Shown one piece after another: positions 9,848-19,357 of a stretch of 32,000 nt of DNA. The notes below the pieces were generated by a model. That model worked only from the letters and a program-made list of their open reading frames with translations. It ran no database searches and was not told the DNA's origin. The position numbers and the translations under genes are program-made. Each line of letters starts with the position of its first letter. Position 1 is the stretch's first letter. The stretch is from Zymomonas mobilis subsp. mobilis ATCC 10988 (GTDB lineage: Bacteria; Pseudomonadota; Alphaproteobacteria; Sphingomonadales; Sphingomonadaceae), in NCBI RefSeq assembly GCF_000175255.2, contig NC_017262.1, positions 90,001 through 122,000 of the forward strand. Reading direction: 5' to 3'.

Positions 9848-10291
9848 ATGAAAAGGCTTCTGCTTTTTGCGCCTTTTTTACTCGCAGCACACGCCGCCGA
9901 TAGTGATCACCTTGCAGAAGGTCAGTGGGAGTCCCTTTTTCAAATAGAATCTTCTTCTACAGATGGTAAAAAACAGCATCAACAAACCGCGCCTATTTAT
10001 CCGCCATCCCGTTGTGTTAAAGGGAGCGAGACCGCACCTATGGCCTTTTTCTCCCATCCAGAAGACCCAGACTGTAAGACCGTTTCATTAAAAGCGGAAA
10101 AAGGCAAAATCAGGCTGACCCGCCTTTGTCAATCTGCGAGTAATCCGATGGCGACAATCGAGGCGAAAGGCCATTACGACCCACATCATTACTCTATGAC
10201 CTTTTTGATGTGGAATATGTTTGATGGTGTTAGAATAGCTGTAAAAGGCCATATTACTGGCTCTCATCAAGGCTTATGCCCATCCCAATAA
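9848..10291 (+). CDS. DUF3617-like secreted protein, paralog 2
   Basis: MKRLLLFAPFLLAAHAADSDHLAEGQWESLFQIESSSTDGKK...RCVKGSETAPMAFFSHPEDPDCKTVSLKAEKGKIRLTRLCQ...TIEAKGHYDPHHYSM; clear pairwise similarity to paralog 3. Confidence 0.7.
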   Translation: MKRLLLFAPFLLAAHAADSDHLAEGQWESLFQIESSSTDGKKQHQQTAPIYPPSRCVKGSETAPMAFFSHPEDPDCKTVSLKAEKGKIRLTRLCQSASNPMATIEAKGHYDPHHYSMTFLMWNMFDGVRIAVKGHITGSHQGLCPSQ

Positions 10292-10580
10292 GACGCAATA
10301 ATTCAGATTGGCCGAGGCTATTCCTTTTAATTCATGCTTAAAACAAGAATGTCTAAGCGACGAGCTACGCTTCAATAAGCCTTGTTGAGCTTGGCCTCAC
10401 GATAAAAGCCGCTCAAACCGCTCTTGTATTCCTCAATCCTGATGATAACGGGATGCCTAATTGGCACAAAAATAACGCTGCCTTCAGGCAGAATCTTGCT
10501 AAACAGCCTTTAAAATTTTGTGTTCTTGCCTGACTTTGCTTTAACAAGGGCAATTCAAAGACGCTAAAGGAAGTATCTCC

Positions 10581-11069
10581 GTGAAAAGACTCTGGCTGCT
10601 CTCTTGGCCATTACTGCTGGCCGCTGCACCCGCTGATAATGATTATCTTGCCGCCGGACAGTGGCAGTCCTCTATTCAGATCGAAGGTGCCAGCCTTGAC
10701 GGGAAAGAATTGCCAGTCAAAGAACGCCCGACATTACAGCCGCCACGCTGCGTCAAAAATACCGAAAATAAACCGATGACCTTCTTTGCCTATTCGGAAG
10801 ACCCCGAATGCCAGACTTTATCGCTTAATGCCGGAAAAGGGCAGGTGACTATGTCGGGTGTTTGTCAGAAAAATGGTAAAAATCTGACCACCATTGAAGC
10901 CAAAGGCGACTATCACCTCCGCGATTATTCTATGGCCTATATTATGCGAAGTGAAGAAAACGGCCATAAATTAGAAGTCCGTGGACATATGTCTGGGCAT
11001 TCTATCGGCTTATGCCCTGCCAAAGATAGCAATGCCGATGATATCACCTTGGGGAACAAAAACCACTAA
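10581..11069 (+). CDS. DUF3617-like secreted protein, paralog 3
   Basis: MKRLWLLSWPLLLAAAPADNDYLAAGQWQSSIQIEGASLDGKE...RCVKNTENKPMTFFAYSEDPECQTLSLNAGKGQVTMSGVCQ...TIEAKGDYHLRDYSM. Confidence 0.7.
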   Translation: MKRLWLLSWPLLLAAAPADNDYLAAGQWQSSIQIEGASLDGKELPVKERPTLQPPRCVKNTENKPMTFFAYSEDPECQTLSLNAGKGQVTMSGVCQKNGKNLTTIEAKGDYHLRDYSMAYIMRSEENGHKLEVRGHMSGHSIGLCPAKDSNADDITLGNKNH

Positions 11070-11518
11070 TACGGGTGTTCGTTTGGCGATAAGACTATTT
11101 AGCAATCATAGGCTTCCGTCATAACCGCTAAAATCATAGCAGGGATCGACCTTACGGGCTTCTTCCATGCCTTTTTTTGATAGCAAGGCATTTGTCGGGG
11201 CATATCGGGGCAAAATATATCCCGATCACAAGGGGCGATCCTTGTAGGACAGATATGCCTAAAACCATAATGACGACAGGCGTAAAATCCTAAAGACTTT
11301 CCGTTTCCGATATCTGATTTATCATTTTTTCTGACAGGTAGTTGCTGCGTCCAATTCGCTGATTTCAGGATTGGAGTCAGGTCAGGGTATAACCCTATAA
11401 CGATAGCTACGGGATAGAACGCTTATCATCAGCTTCTATTTTGGTGGCAGATTCCTGTCGCAGGGAAAGATAGTGCAGAAGCTATCTTGACCATATCTCT
11501 GTCATGATAGCACTCCGT

Positions 11519-11625
11519 GCCAGATGCCAGATGCCAGATGCCAGATGCCAGATGCCAGATGCCAGATGCCAGATGCCAGATGCCAGATGCCAGATGCCAG
11601 ATGCCAGATGCCAGATGCCAGATGC
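11519..11625. repeat. Perfect 7-bp tandem repeat (GCCAGAT)x15 plus GC
   Basis: Counted directly: 107 bp of uninterrupted GCCAGAT units. Confidence 0.98.
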
Positions 11626-11709
11626 TCGAACTATATCTGGCAAAATCCTCTCACAGAAAAAAGGCATCACCCCTCAATCGCAGACCCGAAATAGATCTGA
11701 CGCAGACAT

Positions 11710-11738
11710 TAAAAAAGGCCAATGGAAACCCATTAGGC
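11710..11738. terminator. Hairpin with A/T tracts, likely terminator of rpmJ (possibly bidirectional)
   Basis: AAAAAAGGCCAATGGAAACCCATTAGGCCTTTTTT lies just 3' of rpmJ on the minus strand. Confidence 0.6.
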
Positions 11739-11786
11739 CTTTTTTATTCTATCAGGAAAGGATCCGGTTAAAACCGGATACCCTTA

Positions 11787-11912
11787 TTAACCCTGACGGG
11801 CTTTAAAGCGGCGAACCGTTTTATTGATGATATAAGTGCGGCCACGCCGGCGAATCACCCGATTGTCGCGATGGCGCCCCTTTAAGGATTTGAGCGAGTT
11901 GCGGATTTTCAT
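11787..11912 (-). CDS. rpmJ: 50S ribosomal protein L36
   Basis: Reverse-strand 41-aa translation [41 protein letters not shown], the alphaproteobacterial L36 form. Not in the provided ORF track. Confidence 0.95.
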   Translation of the reverse strand: MKIRNSLKSLKGRHRDNRVIRRRGRTYIINKTVRRFKARQG

Positions 11913-12191
11913 GGCCGGACTACCTGCCTTCATCTTAAAAATTGGGAAAGAAAATGAGGCCTCTGCCTATGCGCTGAATTATTATAAGTCAAGGAAAATT
12001 CTGATATATCGGAAATATCCTTGAAAGAAAAATCCGATATCTCTTCATCAAAACAGCCAAAGACCATTGGAATACAGGCTTTTTTCGTTACTTTTTTCAC
12101 GATTACAAAAAAGGCTATAATTCTTTTTTGAAATATTATGATATCCGTTAAAGATCATAGCCACAGCAACCACCCTTCATAACCGGATGGC

Positions 12192-13004
12192 TTGACGGAG
12201 ACTATCTTGAGGCATCTCATCACGATATCACAGCCCGCAATACCGCAAGACGTGACCAATAAAGAGGGTCGCAAGGCAAAAAAACAGCTCCGGTGCAAAG
12301 GCATCTATCCCTTTTTAGGGATGTTTTTCTTTGCGGCGGCGCTCCCGTTACAGGCGACCCAGCCGATAGAAGTCACTCGCTTTCACAAAAGCGATATGGC
12401 TACAACCGGCATCGTCAACATTATGCCTCATGACCCGACCTTACGGAATACGCTGGAATATCAGCGCTACACGGCCAGCATCGCCCGCAATCTCACAAGA
12501 ATCGGTTTCCAAGTCACGGACAACCCGCAACAAGCCGAATATACGATGATGTATGACGTGATGCGGGGAACGCATTACAGAGACAACGGCCAAACGCCCC
12601 CGCGTGATACTCGCCCTCATGGTGGCATCAGCCTTGGCGGTGGTTATGGTGGCGGCGGCGGCTTTGGAGGCGGCGGTGTCGGCTGGGGCGGCGGCGGAAG
12701 CGGTATCAGTATCGGAGGCGGTGGCGGGGGTGGCCGCGGCTTCGGAGGTGGCGGAGGCGGTATCAGTGCCGGTATTTCTGTCCCTGTCGGTAACGGCTAT
12801 CATACCAGCAACAAGGTCGAAACCATTCTAACGGCACAACTCAGCCGCAGGGATACGCATCAGGCTATCTGGGAAGGCCGCGCCCGAACAGAAGCTAAAA
12901 GTAACAAAGCCGAAAGCACGCCCGATATTGCGGTGGACAGATTAGCCACAGCCATGTTCGGCCAGTTTCCCGGTGAATCAGGTGAAACGGAAAAAGTAAA
13001 ATGA
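12192..13004 (+). CDS. Hypothetical exported protein, DUF4136-like with glycine-rich insert
   Basis: 270-aa ORF; hydrophobic stretch [15 protein letters not shown], then [27 protein letters not shown] and a Gly-rich block (about 12619-12798), then [21 protein letters not shown]. Start uncertain (ATG at 12321 possible). Confidence 0.65.
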   Translation: MTETILRHLITISQPAIPQDVTNKEGRKAKKQLRCKGIYPFLGMFFFAAALPLQATQPIEVTRFHKSDMATTGIVNIMPHDPTLRNTLEYQRYTASIARNLTRIGFQVTDNPQQAEYTMMYDVMRGTHYRDNGQTPPRDTRPHGGISLGGGYGGGGGFGGGGVGWGGGGSGISIGGGGGGGRGFGGGGGGISAGISVPVGNGYHTSNKVETILTAQLSRRDTHQAIWEGRARTEAKSNKAESTPDIAVDRLATAMFGQFPGESGETEKVK

Positions 13005-14143
13005 CCCTTCAAATCAATGCCGCCTTTGATGGCGGAAATATCCATGTTGTCGAACAAGACGGAAACCGGATTTATCTGGAAATTATCAAAGATAACCAGT
13101 CGGATTTCTTCCAATGGTTCTATTTCAAGGTAACCGGTGCCAAAGATCAGGCCTTGGAACTGGTTGTCACCAATGCCAGCGATTCCGCCTATCCGGCTGG
13201 CTGGCCTGATTATCAGGCTCGCGTTTCCGAAGACCGCCAAGACTGGCAAATGACAGAAACGGATTATCGCGACGGGATGCTGACCATCCGTTATACGCCG
13301 CGTAGTAATATTGCTTATTTTGCCTATTTCGCCCCTTACTCAATGGAACGACACCATGATCTGATTGCCCGTATGGCTGGCAAGTCAGGGGTCGGTTACG
13401 AAATGTTGGGTAAAAGCCTCGATGGTCAAAGCATGGATTGCCTGACGATGGGGGAAGGGCGGCGCTCTATCTGGTTGATCGCACGGCAACATCCGGGCGA
13501 AACCATGGCTGAATGGTGGATGGAAGGTGCTTTGGAAAGGTTAACCGATGAAAATGACTCGGTTGCGCGCCTGCTTCGCCAAAAAGCCCGCTTTCATATC
13601 ATGCCTAATATGAATCCGGACGGTTCTTGCCGTGGTCATTTGCGGACGAATGCTTGTGGTGCCAATCTCAATCGTGAATGGGCAGAACCCACGGCTGAAC
13701 GCAGCCCCGAAGTGTTGGCCGTTCGCAATCATATGGACAAAACGGGCGTTGATTTTGTCATGGATGTTCATGGCGATGAAGCTATTCCGCATGTATTCCT
13801 TGCCGGATTTGAAGGGATACCCGATCTCGACAAGGCACAGGATAAATTATTCCGCCGCTACCGGAATAAATTGGCCAAATACACGCCCGATTTTCAACGT
13901 CATTACGGCTATGAAAATGACGAGCCGGGGCAGGCCAATCTAGCCTTGGCGACTAACCAATTAGCCTATCGTTACAAGGCGGTTTCGATGACGCTTGAAA
14001 TGCCTTTCAAAGATCATGACGATATGCCTGATTTGAAAAAAGGCTGGTCACCGGAAAGGTCAAAACAATTAGGCCGCGATTGTCTCGCTATCTTGGCTGA
14101 AATGATTGATCAGCTCCCGATCTCCGGCAAAGATCTCGCGTAA
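13001..14143 (+). CDS. M14-family zinc carboxypeptidase (cytosolic carboxypeptidase-like)
   Basis: [17 protein letters not shown] (HxxE), [38 protein letters not shown] and late TLEMPFKD glutamate: M14 catalytic pattern with an N-terminal beta domain. Confidence 0.88.
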   Translation: MTLQINAAFDGGNIHVVEQDGNRIYLEIIKDNQSDFFQWFYFKVTGAKDQALELVVTNASDSAYPAGWPDYQARVSEDRQDWQMTETDYRDGMLTIRYTPRSNIAYFAYFAPYSMERHHDLIARMAGKSGVGYEMLGKSLDGQSMDCLTMGEGRRSIWLIARQHPGETMAEWWMEGALERLTDENDSVARLLRQKARFHIMPNMNPDGSCRGHLRTNACGANLNREWAEPTAERSPEVLAVRNHMDKTGVDFVMDVHGDEAIPHVFLAGFEGIPDLDKAQDKLFRRYRNKLAKYTPDFQRHYGYENDEPGQANLALATNQLAYRYKAVSMTLEMPFKDHDDMPDLKKGWSPERSKQLGRDCLAILAEMIDQLPISGKDLA

Positions 14144-14147
14144 TAAA

Positions 14148-14183
14148 ACTATCAGGCGCAATCGTAATTTTGCGTCTGATAGA
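14148..14183 (+). terminator. Intrinsic terminator after the M14 carboxypeptidase gene
   Basis: CTATCAGGCGCAATCGTAATTTTGCGTCTGATAG hairpin just 3' of the stop codon. Confidence 0.45.
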
Positions 14184-14392
14184 GCTTTTCATAAAGGCTA
14201 TAACCGCTATTGCCAAAAGCGATAGGCCTGCATAATCTGACGGCGAATAATTTTCCTGAAAGATTGGCGGCCATTTTTGCTGACCGCACAGATTGTCAGC
14301 GTTAATTATACATGGCTTCTTTTGTTGATTCGGGAACTGCAAGCGTTTACCGGAACAACACATAACGAAGAGATATTGAAAAGGAGTGGAAT

Positions 14393-15079
14393 ATGCCCAC
14401 GCTCGTTTTGTCCCGTCACGGACAGTCCGAATGGAACCTTGAAAACCGTTTCACCGGTTGGTGGGACGTTAACCTGACTGAACAGGGTGTTCAGGAAGCA
14501 ACGGCCGGTGGTAAAGCTCTGGCTGAAAAGGGTTTTGAATTCGATATCGCTTTCACCAGCGTTCTGACCCGCGCCATCAAAACCACCAATCTTATTCTCG
14601 AAGCCGGTAAAACCCTTTGGGTTCCGACCGAAAAAGATTGGCGTTTGAATGAACGTCACTATGGTGGCCTGACCGGTCTGAACAAGGCTGAAACCGCCGC
14701 TAAACATGGTGAAGAACAGGTTCATATTTGGCGCCGTTCTTATGACGTTCCGCCGCCCCCGATGGAAAAAGGCAGCAAGTTCGATCTGTCTGGCGATCGC
14801 CGTTATGATGGTGTCAAGATTCCTGAAACGGAAAGCCTGAAAGACACCGTTGCTCGCGTGCTGCCTTATTGGGAAGAACGCATTGCCCCTGAACTGAAGG
14901 CTGGCAAGCGCGTCCTGATCGGTGCGCATGGTAACTCACTGCGCGCTCTCGTTAAGCATCTGTCGAAATTGTCGGACGAAGAAATCGTCAAATTCGAATT
15001 GCCCACCGGTCAGCCGTTGGTCTACGAATTGAATGATGATCTGACCCCGAAAGATCGTTACTTCCTTAACGAACGTTAA
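14393..15079 (+). CDS. gpmA: 2,3-bisphosphoglycerate-dependent phosphoglycerate mutase
   Basis: 228 aa, [53 protein letters not shown]; RBS AAGGAG upstream. Confidence 0.96.
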   Translation: MPTLVLSRHGQSEWNLENRFTGWWDVNLTEQGVQEATAGGKALAEKGFEFDIAFTSVLTRAIKTTNLILEAGKTLWVPTEKDWRLNERHYGGLTGLNKAETAAKHGEEQVHIWRRSYDVPPPPMEKGSKFDLSGDRRYDGVKIPETESLKDTVARVLPYWEERIAPELKAGKRVLIGAHGNSLRALVKHLSKLSDEEIVKFELPTGQPLVYELNDDLTPKDRYFLNER

Positions 15080-15118
15080 TAGCCTTGGGCTTTTAAAGCC
15101 TTTTGGTTTGTTAACCGT

Positions 15119-15152
15119 TTTTTCGGCCAGAGTTTTCTCTGGCCGAAAATTT
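15119..15152 (+). terminator. Intrinsic terminator downstream of gpmA
   Basis: TTTCGGCCAGAGTTTTCTCTGGCCGAAAATTT. Confidence 0.65.
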
Positions 15153-15549
15153 ATGTCTATCCCTTTATTTTTCTATCCCCATCACCTCGGTTTTGTTGAC
15201 AAAAAAAGGTGGCCACTAAATTAGCTTTCTGCACCGATGGGATGATTTTTATTCTTTGCTATTCTTCGCTCTTTGCCCAAATCATTAAAAGCGGAAATCA
15301 TCACCCAAAGATAGAAGACGCAGCCTTCGCCATTTCAGATTGCCCTTCTCGGGCATTTTCTGCTGCCAGAATCCTCTTAAAAATATTAAATTCCACTCTA
15401 TTGGTAATATATTTCCCTCTTTAGGGAACAAATAAAGCCCTTCTTTGTTCTATAAAAGTTAGCTTACCGATTTCACAAAAAATAATACCGCTTCATTCAA
15501 TCGGTAATACATATCTTTTTTCTTCAAAAAACTTTTCAAGAGGGTGTCT

Positions 15550-16545
15550 ATGCGCGTCGCAATATTCAGTTCCAAAAACTATGACCATCATTCTATTGAA
15601 AAAGAAAATGAACATTATGGCCATGACCTTGTTTTTCTGAATGAGCGGCTTACCAAAGAGACAGCAGAAAAAGCCAAAGACGCAGAAGCTGTTTGTATCT
15701 TTGTGAATGACGAAGCCAATGCCGAAGTGCTGGAAATTTTGGCAGGCTTAGGCATCAAATTGGTTGCTCTTCGTTGCGCCGGTTATAACAATGTCGATCT
15801 CGATGCAGCCAAAAAGCTGAATATCAAGGTTGTGCGCGTGCCTGCCTATTCGCCCTATTCGGTTGCCGAATATGCAGTAGGGATGTTGCTCACCCTGAAT
15901 CGGCAAATTTCACGCGGTTTGAAGCGGGTTCGGGAAAATAACTTCTCCTTGGAAGGTTTGATTGGCCTTGATGTGCATGACAAAACAGTCGGCATTATCG
16001 GTGTTGGTCATATCGGGAGTGTCTTTGCCCATATTATGACCCATGGTTTTGGTGCCAATGTTATCGCCTATAAACCGCATCCAGACCCCGAATTGGCAAA
16101 AAAGGTCGGTTTCCGCTTCACCTCTCTCGATGAAGTGATCGAGACCAGCGACATCATTTCGCTTCACTGTCCGCTCACGCCAGAAAATCATCACATGATT
16201 AACGAAGAAACACTGGCAAGGGCAAAAAAAGGCTTTTACCTCGTCAATACCAGTCGCGGCGGCTTGGTTGATACCAAGGCGGTGATTAAATCGCTGAAAG
16301 CCAAACATCTCGGCGGTTATGCGGCGGATGTTTACGAAGAGGAGGGGCCTTTATTCTTCGAAAATCACGCTGACGATATTATCGAAGATGATATTCTCGA
16401 AAGGTTGATTGCTTTCCCGAATGTGGTTTTCACGGGACATCAGGCCTTTTTGACGAAAGAGGCCTTATCAAACATTGCTCACAGTATTCTACAAGATATC
16501 AGCGATGCCGAAGCTGGAAAAGAAATGCCGGATGCGCTTGTTTAG
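15550..16545 (+). CDS. ldhA: D-lactate dehydrogenase
   Basis: MRVAIFSSKNYDHHSIEKE...; NAD-binding GVGHIG, NTSRGGLVDTKAV, GYAADVYEEEGPLF; about 331 aa. Confidence 0.93.
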   Translation: MRVAIFSSKNYDHHSIEKENEHYGHDLVFLNERLTKETAEKAKDAEAVCIFVNDEANAEVLEILAGLGIKLVALRCAGYNNVDLDAAKKLNIKVVRVPAYSPYSVAEYAVGMLLTLNRQISRGLKRVRENNFSLEGLIGLDVHDKTVGIIGVGHIGSVFAHIMTHGFGANVIAYKPHPDPELAKKVGFRFTSLDEVIETSDIISLHCPLTPENHHMINEETLARAKKGFYLVNTSRGGLVDTKAVIKSLKAKHLGGYAADVYEEEGPLFFENHADDIIEDDILERLIAFPNVVFTGHQAFLTKEALSNIAHSILQDISDAEAGKEMPDALV

Positions 16546-16650
16546 TAGACAAGCGACAATTTATCCTTTGAAGATCATAATGATCGAATTTTTGGGTTAA
16601 TTAGGTAGTTATGGCATAGGCTATTACGCGCTAATTGATATCAAAATAAA

Positions 16651-16686
16651 GGCATAGCCGGACATCATACCGGCTATGTTTTTTAT
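16651..16686 (+). terminator. Intrinsic terminator downstream of ldhA
   Basis: GGCATAGCCGGACATCATACCGGCTATGTTTTTTA. Confidence 0.65.
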
Positions 16687-16812
16687 TAGGAAAAAATTTC
16701 CTTTCACCTTGCTTAGCCATCGCCGCATTATTTAATCAATATGCCGAGTTTTTCTTGAAATCCCTATCTTATACCAAGGCCAACAAGGGAACCATCCATA
16801 CTCGGTGTCCTA

Positions 16813-17659
16813 GGCTCAGGACCTGTTAATTTCTTGAGTTGAGCGGGCTGTTGTGATTCACAGGTTTACCGATGGAGGTGAAGCTGTGAGTGACGTGTTT
16901 TTGCTGTCTGAGCACCAGATGGAACGGATTAAGCCGTTTTTTCCACTGGCGCATGGTGTGCCGCGTGTCGATGACCGTCGTGTCCTGAGCGGGATCGTTT
17001 ACGTGATCCGCAACGGCCTTCAGTGGAAAGACGCCCCGAAAGCGTATGGCCCGCACAAGACTTTATACAACCGGTTTATCCGGTGGAGCCGCCTGGGTGT
17101 CTTTGACCGGATCTTCGTCGCCCTGACGGAGCAGGCAGGCCGTTCGAAGCGTCTGATGATCGATGCAACACATCTGAAAGCACACCGGACAGCGGCCTCC
17201 CTGCTCAAAAAGGGGCTTTTCCCCGCCATATCGGACGCACGAAAGGCGGACTGAACTCAAAGCTTCACGCTGTATGCGATAGTCAGGGCCGCCCTGTCCG
17301 GCTGCATCTGACCGCAGGTCAGGTCAGTGACTTCAAAGGCGCGGATGTTCTGCTGGCAAATCTGCCGGAAGAAACACAAGAAATTCTCGGGGACCGGGGA
17401 TACGACAGTAATAAAATCAGACAGTCTCTCGCAGACCGGAATATCACCGCCTGTATTCCGCCGAAGAAGAACCGGAAATCAAAGCCGCCTTACGACTGGC
17501 ATCTGTATAAAAAGCGTCACCTCATCGAAAATATGTTCGCAAAGCTCAAAGACTGGCGGCGTGTCGCAACACGATACGACCGGTGCGCTCACACATTCAT
17601 GTCAGCAATCCATATCGCAGCAAGTTTCATCTTCTATCTCAAAGAATGAGTCCTGAGCC
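16813..17659 (+). mobile_element. IS5-family (IS427-like) insertion sequence, 847 bp, copy 2
   Basis: Same ends GGCTCAGGAC...GTCCTGAGCC, TA at 16811-16812 and 17660-17661, same length and identical ORF translations in several frames as copy 1, opposite orientation. Confidence 0.95.
16853..17649 (+). CDS. IS5-family transposase in two overlapping frames, probably joined by -1 frameshift
   Basis: ORFA 16853-17254; -1 frame reads QKGAFPRHIGRTKGGLNSKLHAVCDSQGRPVRLHLTAGQVSDFKGADVLL...AASFIFYLKE* ending at 17649. Slip candidate AAAAAGGGG at 17217-17225. Confidence 0.9.
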
Positions 17660-18097
17660 TAATTCTATGACTTTTTAAATTTTCTCCAAATTTACTAAAA
17701 TCACGCCATCTCAGCGGCTGCTATTTTCAAAAAGCGCCTCTCAAAACCGTGTTTTCCTGCTCAAATATCGCATCCCAAAGTTCCGTCAAAAAAGGCAGGG
17801 TATTTTTTACAAAATCGCCCCTAATATCTCTCAATCCACTGCCTTGTTCATATGTTTTTGCAAATAATTTTTATTAAACTTTTTTGGGCGTATTTTTATC
17901 AAGAAAATTTAAATAATCACATTTTTATTATTTTAGATTTAAGTATTGATACAAGTGATATCTATAAATGTTTTTATAACTTTCTGGATCGTAATCGGCT
18001 GGCAATCGTTTTCCCTATATTCGCAAGATGTATGTCAGCCGCAGATTTGTCGACTGACCTCTATCTCTCCGAGATATATCAACAAAAGGTAGTCACC

Positions 18098-19111
18098 ATG
18101 AAAGCAGCCGTCATAACTAAAGATCATACGATCGAAGTGAAAGACACCAAATTACGCCCTCTGAAATACGGGGAAGCGCTTTTGGAAATGGAATATTGCG
18201 GGGTATGTCATACCGATCTCCACGTGAAAAACGGGGATTTTGGCGATGAAACCGGCAGAATTACTGGCCATGAAGGCATCGGTATCGTCAAGCAGGTCGG
18301 GGAAGGGGTTACTTCTCTGAAAGTCGGTGACCGCGCCAGTGTTGCATGGTTCTTCAAAGGCTGCGGCCATTGCGAATATTGTGTCAGCGGGAATGAAACG
18401 CTTTGCCGCAACGTTGAAAATGCCGGTTATACGGTTGACGGCGCTATGGCAGAAGAATGCATTGTCGTTGCCGATTACTCGGTCAAAGTGCCAGATGGTC
18501 TTGATCCTGCGGTTGCCAGCAGCATCACTTGCGCGGGTGTAACCACCTATAAAGCAGTCAAAGTTTCTCAGATACAGCCGGGACAATGGCTGGCTATCTA
18601 TGGCTTGGGCGGTTTAGGCAATCTAGCCCTTCAATATGCCAAGAATGTTTTCAACGCCAAAGTGATCGCGATCGATGTCAATGATGAACAGCTCGCTTTT
18701 GCCAAAGAGCTGGGCGCAGATATGGTCATCAATCCGAAAAATGAAGATGCTGCCAAAATCATTCAGGAAAAAGTCGGCGGCGCACATGCGACGGTGGTGA
18801 CGGCTGTTGCCAAATCCGCCTTTAACTCGGCTGTTGAAGCTATCCGCGCGGGTGGCCGTGTTGTCGCTGTTGGTCTGCCTCCTGAAAAAATGGATTTGAG
18901 CATTCCTCGTTTGGTGCTTGACGGTATCGAAGTCCTAGGTTCCTTGGTCGGAACGCGGGAAGATTTGAAAGAAGCCTTCCAGTTTGCAGCCGAAGGTAAG
19001 GTCAAACCGAAAGTCACCAAGCGTAAAGTCGAAGAAATCAACCAAATCTTTGACGAAATGGAACATGGTAAATTCACAGGCCGTATGGTTGTTGATTTTA
19101 CCCATCACTAG
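18098..19111 (+). CDS. adhA: Zinc-dependent alcohol dehydrogenase I
   Basis: 337 aa from ATG at 18098: [49 protein letters not shown]..., GHEGIGIV, structural-zinc cysteines [21 protein letters not shown]. The 17852 start in the track is a non-coding in-frame extension. Confidence 0.96.
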   Translation: MKAAVITKDHTIEVKDTKLRPLKYGEALLEMEYCGVCHTDLHVKNGDFGDETGRITGHEGIGIVKQVGEGVTSLKVGDRASVAWFFKGCGHCEYCVSGNETLCRNVENAGYTVDGAMAEECIVVADYSVKVPDGLDPAVASSITCAGVTTYKAVKVSQIQPGQWLAIYGLGGLGNLALQYAKNVFNAKVIAIDVNDEQLAFAKELGADMVINPKNEDAAKIIQEKVGGAHATVVTAVAKSAFNSAVEAIRAGGRVVAVGLPPEKMDLSIPRLVLDGIEVLGSLVGTREDLKEAFQFAAEGKVKPKVTKRKVEEINQIFDEMEHGKFTGRMVVDFTHH

Positions 19112-19137
19112 GTTTCCGTGAAGGCGGAAGCATAAAC

Positions 19138-19175
19138 GGAAAAAGCCTTTCTCTTACCAGAAAGGCTTTTTCTTT
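19138..19175 (+). terminator. Intrinsic terminator downstream of adhA
   Basis: AAAAAGCCTTTCTCTTACCAGAAAGGCTTTTTCTTT. Confidence 0.8.
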
Positions 19176-19357
19176 GTCGTCTGATAAAAATTTTCATACA
19201 GAATTTAACACAGCAATCGCTGCTATAAGCCGCTATCCAAGCTTTTTTCTTCTCATGCCTTCTATTCGGCGATCGCTATTTAAAGGCTGTTTTTATGGGG
19301 CATTCGCCCTATATATAAGGATATTAGCGTTTATATATAATAGAAGGAAATCTGGCC

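Noticed and set aside
11504-11670. Possible CRISPR array
   Set aside because: Units are 7 bp with no spacers; it is a simple tandem repeat.
11482-11806. Overlapping ORFs encoding HLASGIW / CQMPDAR repeats
   Set aside because: They are by-products of the 7-bp tandem repeat, open in several frames; no start or RBS support and no unique sequence content.
12441-12831. Ala/Thr-rich ORFs antisense to or offset from the Gly-rich gene
   Set aside because: Frame shadows of the GGC/GGT-rich coding tract, which yields Ala/Pro-rich readings in other frames.
17327-17656. 109-aa ORF (MTSKARMFCW...) listed as the second IS ORF (also 1825-2154)
   Set aside because: Wrong frame; the conserved transposase C-terminus is in another frame ending at 17649 (1832 in copy 1).
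17852-18097. 82-codon in-frame N-terminal extension of adhA in the ORF track
   Set aside because: Composition is AT-rich non-coding; the canonical [10 protein letters not shown] start at 18098 has a plausible upstream AAGG signal.
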